A stretch of DNA of 24,643 nucleotides from Chthonomonadales bacterium (GTDB lineage Bacteria > Armatimonadota > Chthonomonadetes > Chthonomonadales > Chthonomonadaceae), in contig JBBQPO010000058.1 in assembly GCA_038217285.1 (NCBI GenBank), positions 1 to 24,643 of the forward strand, given 5' to 3'. The notes below the pieces were generated by a model, which saw only the letters and a program-made list of their open reading frames with translations, was not told where the DNA came from and did not search any database. Positions 15,454 through 22,455 of the stretch are shown piece by piece. The translations under genes and the position numbers were made by a program. Within the stretch, counting starts at the first letter, position 1. Every line of letters starts with the position of its first letter.

Positions 15454-18348
15454 TTATGCCAGAGCGTCGGCGCAGCGGGCGCAGAGGTCGGGATGCGCGG
15501 CGTCTGCGCCGATGTCGGTTTTGATCAGCCAGCAGCGCGGACATTTGGCGCCCTGCGCGACCGTCACGGTGACGGTGAGGCCCGCCTCGCTGGCGCCGTC
15601 GGTAAGGTGGACCTGCGAGACCAGAAATAGGGCAGGCAGTTGGTCGAGGAACGGCAGCAGCGCGGCGTAGGTCGCTCCGTCGGCTGTCAGTGTGACGGCA
15701 GCTTCGAGAGGATTGCCGATCGTTGCGGCCTGCCGGGCCTCTTCCAGCGCCTTCTTGACGGTTTCTCGGGCGGCGAGAACGGGCTCCCAACGCGTCAGAA
15801 GGGCGGCATCCGCCGTTTCTGCTGTCGGGAAGTCGGCGAGATGGACGCTCTCTGGTTTGTTGGGCAGCTTCAGGTAGTCCCAGACCTCCTCCGTCGTATG
15901 CACAAGGATAGGCGCGAGCAGACGCGCCAGCGTCTCGGCGATACGGTGCATGGCGGTCTGGGCCGAGCGGCGTTCCGGCGAGTTCTGCGCTGAGGCGTAG
16001 AGCCGGTCTTTCAGCACGTCCAGATAGAACGACGACAGCTCGGTCGCGCAGAAGTTGAGCGTTGCCTGATAGACGCGATGGTACTCGTATCGCTCGTAGG
16101 CCCCTGTCGCGGTCTGCACCACGCGGTCCATCTGGGCAACAGCCCAGCGGTCTAGTTCCAGCATCTCGCTGTCGGGCACGGCATCGGTCGCCGGGTCGAA
16201 GTCGTAGAGGTTGTTCAGCAGGAAGCGGAAGGTGTTGCGGATACGGCGGTACATCTCGCCGACCTGCTTCAGCAGATTCTCGCCGCAGCGGGTGTCCTCC
16301 ATGAAGTTCTGCGAGACGACCCAGAGCCGGACGATGTCCGCGCCGGACTGCGCGATCACCGTCAGCGGATTGACGCCGTTGCCTTTGCTCTTGCTGAAGG
16401 CCTCGCCCTTTTCGTCCAGCGTCCAGCCGTTCGTCACAACGGCGCGATAGGGCGGATGCCCGCTCGTGCCGACCCCGATCATCAGGGAGGAGTTGAACCA
16501 GCCGCGATGCTGATCGCCGCCCTCCAGATAGACGTCGGCGGGATAGGAGAGGTCGGGCCAGTGGGCGCTGTTTTGCAAAACGGCGCGATGGGTCGAGCCG
16601 GAATCGAACCAGACATCCAGCACGTCCGTCTCTTTCCGCAGCCGTTCCACCCCGGCGTCGCAGTGCGGGCACCGGAACCCCTCCGGCAGCAGCTCGGCGG
16701 GCGTCTTCTCGTACCAGACATCGGAGCTTTCGCGGCGCGTCCACTCCGCGACCGCGCCGACGCTCTCCTTCGTCAGGATATGTTCGCCGCAGGCGTCGCA
16801 GTAGAAGGCCGGTATGCCGACGCCCCAGGAGCGTTGGCGCGAGACGCACCAGTCCGGACGGTTGCCGACCATGTTCGTGATCCGATTGATGCTCTCTTTC
16901 GGAAACCACTCCACTTCGCCGATCGACTGGAGCGCCTTCTGCCGGAACCCATCGTGGTCGATGTTCATGAACCACTGCACGGTGGCGCGATAGATCAGCG
17001 GGCTGTGGCAGCGCCAGCAGTGCGGATAGGAGTGGACATACTTGCTGGCGTGCAGAAGGTTACCCGACTGCCGCAGGGCTTCTACCAGGACGGTGTTGGC
17101 TTCTGCGTCTTTACCGCCCGCGTTGCCGAACGTCGTGACGCGCAGCCCAAGGAACGACTGCCCCTCGTACTCGCCTGCCGCCGCCGTATAGCGGCCGGAG
17201 CCATCAACCGGGTTCAGCACTTCCAGGCCGTACTTGTGGCCCGTCTCGAAGTCCTCTTTGCCGTGGCCGGGCGCGGTATGGACGATGCCGGTGCCGCTGT
17301 CCATCGTCACATAGTCCGCCTGCACGACCGGGGAGGTGCGGTGGAAGAGGGGATGCCGGAAGACAAGCCCGTCCAACTGCGCTCCCTGCACCGTCTTGAC
17401 GATCTCGACCTCGGTGACGCCGACCGTCTCCATAACCGATGCGAGCAACGGCTGCGCGACGAGATAGTAGTTCGTCGCGCCCTCTGTGGAGGTGGCGCGC
17501 ACCACGACATATTCGGCGTCCGGGTGTACCGCCACGGCGACGTTCGCGGGGATGGTCCAGGGTGTCGTCGTCCAGATGAGGACGTAGGCGGGAACGCCGT
17601 CTCCCGCCACGCCGTGCGTCGCCGGGGCGGCGTCGGGCAAGGCGAAGATGCCGTTCGGATCGTTCCAGAGCGGAAACCGGACATAGATGCTGTTGGAGGT
17701 GTGGTCTTCGTACTCGACCTCCGCGTCTGCAAGCGCCGTTTCGCAGGTCGCGCACCACATGACCGGCTTCAGGCCGCGATAGATGAAGCCCTGGGTCGCC
17801 AGCTCTCCGAACGTCTCGACGATCTTGGCTTCGAAATCGCTCGCCATCGTCAGGTAGGGATCGTCCCAGTCGCCGCGGATGCCGAGCCGTTTGAACTGCT
17901 GGCGCTGCACTTCGACCCATTTCGCGGCGTAGTCGCGGCAGGCGCGGCGCAGCGTCACCCGGTCCACGACCTGTTTGTCTTCGCGGAACTTGCGGGCGAC
18001 GGCGTTCTCGATCGGCATGCCGTGGTTGTCCCAGCCGGGCACATAGGGCGACTTATGGCCTGTCATGGTGGCAAACCGCGTCACGATGTCTTTGGCGACT
18101 TTGTTGAGCGCGTGGCCCAGGTGGATATCACCGTTGGAGTAAGGCGGCCCATCGTGCAGGATGAAGCTTCCGCGTGGGGCGGGCTTATCGACGCTTTTGC
18201 GATAGAGGTTCATGGCCTCCCAGCGCGCCTGCAGCTCTGGCTCGCGGGTCGGCAGGCTGGCGCGCTGCGGAAACGCGCCGGGATCTTTATCGTTCAGGGT
18301 GATGTTCAGCGTACCCCGATACTCTTTTTTGGTCTCGTTCTCACTCAT
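15454..18348 (-). CDS. ileS: Isoleucine--tRNA ligase (type 1, C-terminal zinc finger)
   Basis: LHDGPPY, HLGH, WTTTPWT, GTGIVHTAPGHG, DWCVSRQR, EGGDQHRGWF, AFSKS, CPRC...CARC. Start moved to ATG 18348. Confidence 0.98.
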   Translation of the reverse strand: MSENETKKEYRGTLNITLNDKDPGAFPQRASLPTREPELQARWEAMNLYRKSVDKPAPRGSFILHDGPPYSNGDIHLGHALNKVAKDIVTRFATMTGHKSPYVPGWDNHGMPIENAVARKFREDKQVVDRVTLRRACRDYAAKWVEVQRQQFKRLGIRGDWDDPYLTMASDFEAKIVETFGELATQGFIYRGLKPVMWCATCETALADAEVEYEDHTSNSIYVRFPLWNDPNGIFALPDAAPATHGVAGDGVPAYVLIWTTTPWTIPANVAVAVHPDAEYVVVRATSTEGATNYYLVAQPLLASVMETVGVTEVEIVKTVQGAQLDGLVFRHPLFHRTSPVVQADYVTMDSGTGIVHTAPGHGKEDFETGHKYGLEVLNPVDGSGRYTAAAGEYEGQSFLGLRVTTFGNAGGKDAEANTVLVEALRQSGNLLHASKYVHSYPHCWRCHSPLIYRATVQWFMNIDHDGFRQKALQSIGEVEWFPKESINRITNMVGNRPDWCVSRQRSWGVGIPAFYCDACGEHILTKESVGAVAEWTRRESSDVWYEKTPAELLPEGFRCPHCDAGVERLRKETDVLDVWFDSGSTHRAVLQNSAHWPDLSYPADVYLEGGDQHRGWFNSSLMIGVGTSGHPPYRAVVTNGWTLDEKGEAFSKSKGNGVNPLTVIAQSGADIVRLWVVSQNFMEDTRCGENLLKQVGEMYRRIRNTFRFLLNNLYDFDPATDAVPDSEMLELDRWAVAQMDRVVQTATGAYERYEYHRVYQATLNFCATELSSFYLDVLKDRLYASAQNSPERRSAQTAMHRIAETLARLLAPILVHTTEEVWDYLKLPNKPESVHLADFPTAETADAALLTRWEPVLAARETVKKALEEARQAATIGNPLEAAVTLTADGATYAALLPFLDQLPALFLVSQVHLTDGASEAGLTVTVTVAQGAKCPRCWLIKTDIGADAAHPDLCARCADALA

Positions 18349-18400
18349 GATCGTTCTCAACTCTTTCCGTTTTCGTCCTCGAAGGCGATAATTCACGCGC

Positions 18401-18445
18401 AAAAAACGCCTCGCCGGGAACGCAAGGAGCGTACTGGCAGGGCGC
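18401..18445 (-). terminator. Attenuator terminator in the ileS leader
   Basis: Minus strand GCGCCCTGCCAGTACGC-tcctt-GCGTTCCCGGCGAGGCG-TTTTTT, ending about 50 nt upstream of the ileS start. Confidence 0.7.
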
Positions 18446-18481
18446 GGTCGAGAAGGCGACGCCGGGGCGGACGCGTAAGCG

Positions 18482-18583
18482 TCAGGCCGCCTGCATCGCC
18501 TGCATAATGACGATTATCGTCGCTCGCAAGGCGCGGTCAGGTCGCTGTATTTCGGCGGCACGATTACGGTTCACGGTTCGCAT
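18482..18583 (-). CDS. Putative ileS attenuator leader peptide (33 aa)
   Basis: MRTVNRNRAAEIQRPDRALRATIIVIMQAMQAA*, with clustered ATA ATC GTC ATT codons (18517-18506) immediately before paired RNA segments and a terminator. Confidence 0.7.
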   Translation of the reverse strand: MRTVNRNRAAEIQRPDRALRATIIVIMQAMQAA

Positions 18584-18632
18584 AAGTCTCGGTCATCCTC
18601 TGCGGCAAGTCTGCCTGCTCCGTCGGAACGAT

Positions 18633-19181
18633 CTACTTCTCCCATTTAAAGGAGGCGACGAGTTTATCGAAGGCGTCGATATACTTTTTGGCAGAACTCT
18701 GCGGCACGTCTTTTGGGTAGGTCAGCGTCAAAATAAAGGCGCGATCCTTATGCAGGGCATAGACTTGATAGTTCCGCAGCATCGGGATATCGGGTCGTTT
18801 CGGCATCTGAAGCTCGGCGATCACGGTATGCACCGGTCCGCCCGCCATAACTTTTGTGCCGTCCTTCAGGATCGTCATGCCGATCTCTTTATGGGCTTCG
18901 ACCTGTTTGTGCGTCGCGGCGACATACTGTGCCATCGTCTCATGCGGTGCCGGTTCACTCAGAATATTGATGTTCACGCCAAAATTCAGTTCACGCGGCC
19001 CCATAAAAGCGATCATGCCTTTCGACACGTTCTCCGTCGCCCTCTGCCAGCCGACGGGCGGCACGAACGAGTAGAAGCCCGCTTTAAAGCGTTCTGCAGG
19101 CGCGTGTACGGCTGCCACCACCAAACAGGCGACGAGCGCGACCACACGCGCTCCCGACGAACGAAGGATAGGCACATTCAT
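18633..19181 (-). CDS. Exported protein, probable PsbP/DcrB (DUF1795)-like fold
   Basis: Signal peptide, YSFVPPVGW near the start, and C-terminal AFILTLTY...FDKLVASFKW pattern typical of Mog1/PsbP-like proteins. Confidence 0.7.
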   Translation of the reverse strand: MNVPILRSSGARVVALVACLVVAAVHAPAERFKAGFYSFVPPVGWQRATENVSKGMIAFMGPRELNFGVNINILSEPAPHETMAQYVAATHKQVEAHKEIGMTILKDGTKVMAGGPVHTVIAELQMPKRPDIPMLRNYQVYALHKDRAFILTLTYPKDVPQSSAKKYIDAFDKLVASFKWEK

Positions 19182-19237
19182 CTCCGGCAGTGATTTCTTC
19201 GGCCCAAGGAGAACGGTTGTTCTGTGCAGCCTGTCTT

Positions 19238-19266
19238 ATTATATCTCATTCTGTAGGGCGCGTCAA
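19238..19266 (-). promoter_or_regulatory. Near-consensus sigma70 promoter
   Basis: Minus strand TTGACG (19266-19261), 17-bp spacer, TATAAT (19243-19238). Confidence 0.75.
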
Positions 19267-20060
19267 TGTGGCTGCCAGCGCAAACCTTTGTCGAACAGTG
19301 GACGGCGAGGAGGGGAGACGGCTTCGGCTTCTAACCTTGTAACAGTACTGGTCCTGTTGCCAATACGATCCTGAATGTAGTCACAGACAGGCCCTTGGCT
19401 GCCGGAGAAGGTGACGAAATGCTTTGTCGTGCCGTCCATGCCATGCTCGATGTCGGCAAGAGGCTTGATGGGGCCGTTGACGAGGAACTTGTCGTACTCG
19501 GCATCGGTCTCATCGTAGAGATAGGGCGGCGGCGAGTAGAGTCCGTCGGCATCGCGATGGTACTTGTGCTTGCCTCCGAAGAAGTCGGTGCGATCCATGA
19601 GGTTGAGGCTGTTGTCGGAGTAGTTGGTGGCGGGGTTCTCCTCCTCGGTGCGGATGTCGTAGGCATGCGTCCAGCCCTGACCGAACGGCCCGATCCGGTC
19701 GTCCTGGCTATTGTACGTCCGCTGCATCGCAAGCCCTGCGCCCTTGGCAGGTGCGACCTGAATGTCGGTGAAGGACTTGAAGAGGTTGCCGTTGCAGAGG
19801 TTGGCGTCCCGCAGGCTGCGCTGGCAGGGAAGCGTTCCGCTGAATCCTTGGCTCCGGTATGGGCCGCGCCCTTGCGCTCGCTTCATCTCCGCCGAACTAA
19901 GCAGCCGCAGCTTCGGCTTGCTCTTGTCCTCCTTCGCTCGCCTGGCGTCCACGGCTCTCCACTACGCGGCGGTCAGTTTGTCGGTCTTGTCAACGGGCAT
20001 CTCAGAGACGGGACGCGGCTTGTTTCGAGGCTCTCCCAATGGCCCATAGGGGTAGGTCAT
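19263..20060 (-). pseudogene. Rhs N-terminal fragment (DUF6531-like domain) with in-frame stop and 3' truncation
   Basis: NLCNGNLFKSFTDIQV..GAGLAMQRTYNSQ..GPFGQGWTHAYD. The same frame extends upstream to ATG 20060 across a TAG at 19964-19962. The Rhs-like pattern ends after DRIGNRT (~19350). Confidence 0.75.
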
Positions 20061-20557
20061 GGTCTCGCCTGATGCTGCATGTAATTACGCAATTGAAGGG
20101 TCATATCAGGCCAGCCTCTACTCATCGCCAGAGACAATGCTGTTCGACCATTCTTGTTTTTAAGAGCGGCATCTGCTCCTGAGTTTAACAAAGAGTCGAC
20201 GACAGCAGTTCGCCTCCGGTCTACCGCCAACATGAGAGCCGTGTTGCCAAATACATTTTTTGCGTTGATGTCGGCCCCATGCGCCAGCAGTATCTTGATG
20301 TTCTCTAAGGCACATGGATTGTTTGACGAAGCTGCCACGATCAATGCAGTGTTTTTTACAAGAGGATCCCGTGCGTTGGCAGACACACCGCGATCAAGCA
20401 CTGCTCTCACGTCGGCACTGCAGCCATATCCAGCGGCATGAAACAAAGTATTGTAGGAAAACATCAGATACCAGACGCTCCAAGCAATTACTGCCAGGAT
20501 TGATGCGCCTCGCAAACGATGAGTAATATTCGATGGTAATTTATCTGATATAGCCAT
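20057..20557 (-). CDS. Ankyrin-repeat protein with N-terminal transmembrane helix; candidate immunity protein
   Basis: NTALIVAA, LLAHGADINAKNVFGNTALMLA, GRTALSLA; hydrophobic ASILAVIAWSVWYLMF. Starts 2 nt after the stop of the orphan rhs. Confidence 0.88.
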   Translation of the reverse strand: MAISDKLPSNITHRLRGASILAVIAWSVWYLMFSYNTLFHAAGYGCSADVRAVLDRGVSANARDPLVKNTALIVAASSNNPCALENIKILLAHGADINAKNVFGNTALMLAVDRRRTAVVDSLLNSGADAALKNKNGRTALSLAMSRGWPDMTLQLRNYMQHQARP

Positions 20558-20559
20558 TT

Positions 20560-21561
20560 TTATGAAAAGTCCGGGAGTATCGGTACGATTGGTCCTCCAG
20601 CATTGCGCAGAACCTCAATGGCGTTTGAAATGTACGCTTGGATGATGTCTTTGTCCCGCTCATAATCGTCTGCATTCATCCCACTCATAAAATTGGAAAG
20701 CGCACAAAACAGAGCACCAGCGATAACTAGGGCGGCTCCTACTTTGAACAGAAATGCATCCACAGCACTGGCCCATTTCCCCGCAGGACTACCCCCGTTT
20801 GCAACATACCAGGCTGCACCTGCCAAGACACAAATGCCAACACCCAGTTGCATCAGTGACAGTCCTGCGCCTTGATAAAAGTTGGTCCACCAATCCCAAT
20901 TCTTCTGATCCCATTTCCCATTTGCGTCTCTAGCGTTGACAGGGTTGTCCGATCCGTAAATATACCAATTCACGCCGTGACCAGACAGATCTTCGCTAAT
21001 GAAGCGACCCACTGATGGATCATAATATCGCGCGCGCATGTAGATTAGCACAGTGTTATCCTCGCTCGGATGTCCTAACTGTCCGACGAACTTGTGGCTG
21101 CTGGTGCCTCCCGGATTGTTGCCTCCGCGAACGAGTCCGTACGCATCGTATTTCCGGCTACTGGTGATATTGCCATTTGGGTCCGCCTCACCAAGGACAG
21201 AGCCTAGGCCGTCATATAAGTACCAGCGAATCTGGCCGGTTGCGTCGTCTCTTCGGTACTCCGGCCCTCTAACTCCCACTAAGTAGGTAGCAAGATTCGC
21301 ACCCGTCGTATGGTTGCGCTCTCGCACAAACATGGAATTGTCAAGCACAAAGTCGGTGGTGGATCCGTTGACTGTGCTTTGTCGGCGGATGCCATCCGAG
21401 CCGTACACAAAGTTGCAGGTGTTGGTACCGTTGACGCACTGAACAAGCCGGTTCTGACTGTCCCAGGTGTTGGTGCGACCGCCGCCAGTAAGCGTATGAC
21501 CATCGGTGTCATTCGTATAGTTGTCTATACCTCTCGCTAGAAACCTTAACTTGTCAGCCAT
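20560..21561 (-). CDS. Orphan Rhs core fragment with hydrophobic C-terminal toxin tip
   Basis: YDGLGSV, YMRARYYDPSVGRFISED, NWYIYGSDNPVNARDANGK, then a 117-aa tip (20913-20560) with two hydrophobic helices. Confidence 0.88.
   Translation of the reverse strand: MADKLRFLARGIDNYTNDTDGHTLTGGGRTNTWDSQNRLVQCVNGTNTCNFVYGSDGIRRQSTVNGSTTDFVLDNSMFVRERNHTTGANLATYLVGVRGPEYRRDDATGQIRWYLYDGLGSVLGEADPNGNITSSRKYDAYGLVRGGNNPGGTSSHKFVGQLGHPSEDNTVLIYMRARYYDPSVGRFISEDLSGHGVNWYIYGSDNPVNARDANGKWDQKNWDWWTNFYQGAGLSLMQLGVGICVLAGAAWYVANGGSPAGKWASAVDAFLFKVGAALVIAGALFCALSNFMSGMNADDYERDKDIIQAYISNAIEVLRNAGGPIVPILPDFS
20914..21520. repeat. Diverged direct repeat (Rhs core) of 22813-23419
   Basis: Colinear at an offset of 1899 bp, for example an identical 31-mer CAAGCCGGTTCTGACTGTCCCAGGTGTTGGT at 21444-21474 and 23343-23373. 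Confidence 0.92.
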
Positions 21562-22297
21562 GGTCTAAGTCGTTGATCGGTTCGAGAACTATTACGGTTG
21601 TCGCCCCCGTGACCGTGACGGACGCGGCGATCGAGGTTCTGCCCCAGAATTGCCCTTCGCACTCCCGATATCTCCGGTTCCTGAAGGGACCAATCGTAAG
21701 TCCGCCCCCTTCAGGAATTGTATCGATCACCGCCGTCACCGCACTGCGGCTGAGGAGGCCTTCATAAATGCCCCCAGGCAGCAGTGACCGGCATTGATTG
21801 CGCAGAATGGTCGCGCCGACACTGTTCGCAGTCACGAGGCCGGCGAGATCATTGAGTCGTGCCAGCGTTGTTTTGGAGACTGTGCCCGATCCCGCGATTT
21901 CGCCCTCCACCACTGATTCCATGAAACGAGCGGCCACAGATATCTCGGACGGCATCTGCGAGTAGTCAACCGTTTCTCCTTCCGGCCCGAAGATGAACCC
22001 GTACTCGTAACTTTCGCGCCCTGAATACACGTTGGCCACAATCTGTGCTAAGGACCCCGCCGTCTCGTGCAGGGCGGTGCCGACGTGCCCATCTAGCTCC
22101 GCCCGACACTGACCGCAAAGCGTGATTAACGCAAGGACATCGAAATTAATCCAGAACCGTCCCGCTGGAAGTGCCGAAGAGGATTCGATGCGGCGCAGTT
22201 CAGCCTCCACGCCTTCTGCTGACAGCATTCCCTTCGCACAGTCGTTCAACGCTCGGTTCAGCAGTTGCCATCCGTCGCCGTACAAAGTTTTTTGCAC
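21554..22297 (-). CDS. Hypothetical protein; candidate immunity protein for the upstream Rhs toxin
   Basis: 247-aa ORF with strong RBS (AGGAGGAGGCGGAG-GTG), first gene downstream of rhs. No family recognised. Confidence 0.72.
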   Translation of the reverse strand: MQKTLYGDGWQLLNRALNDCAKGMLSAEGVEAELRRIESSSALPAGRFWINFDVLALITLCGQCRAELDGHVGTALHETAGSLAQIVANVYSGRESYEYGFIFGPEGETVDYSQMPSEISVAARFMESVVEGEIAGSGTVSKTTLARLNDLAGLVTANSVGATILRNQCRSLLPGGIYEGLLSRSAVTAVIDTIPEGGGLTIGPFRNRRYRECEGQFWGRTSIAASVTVTGATTVIVLEPINDLDHG

Positions 22298-22383
22298 CTC
22301 CGCCTCCTCCTATTGACCTTCAGGTGATCCAGCAACGATGCGCCCAGGTTTGCGCAATGTGAGTTAAGTACAGTTCCACAGTG

Positions 22384-22436
22384 ATAGGGTTTAGAAATAG
22401 CGAGTCGTTTCGATCTCAGCGAATTCCAAACCCTAC
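22384..22436 (-). other. Long imperfect stem-loop between the rhs toxin and the candidate immunity gene
   Basis: Minus strand GTAGGGTTTGGAA...GATCG-AAA-CGACTCGC...TTCTAAACCCTAT. Confidence 0.55.
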
Positions 22437-22455
22437 TTGCGCGGAGGTAGGGTAC

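Noticed and set aside
15308-18507. 555-aa (-) and 683-aa (+) ORFs overlapping ileS
   Set aside because: Alternate-frame or antisense shadows typical of GC-rich coding DNA.
18349-18632. T-box riboswitch upstream of ileS
   Set aside because: No T-box (GGTGGxACC) motif seen on the minus strand; a leader-peptide attenuator fits better.
19962-19964. TAG read-through or recoding (pyrrolysine or alternative code)
   Set aside because: Other genes here end normally at TAG (nuoI, helicase, lgt) and the fragment is also truncated, so a nonsense mutation is simpler.
20040-20060. PYGP peptide shared between the rhs fragment start and the C-terminus of the main rhs tip
   Set aside because: Four residues with different codons; most likely chance.
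22384-22436. Integron attC site
   Set aside because: Lacks properly placed RYYYAAC/GTTRRRY boxes, is single copy, and no integrase is present.
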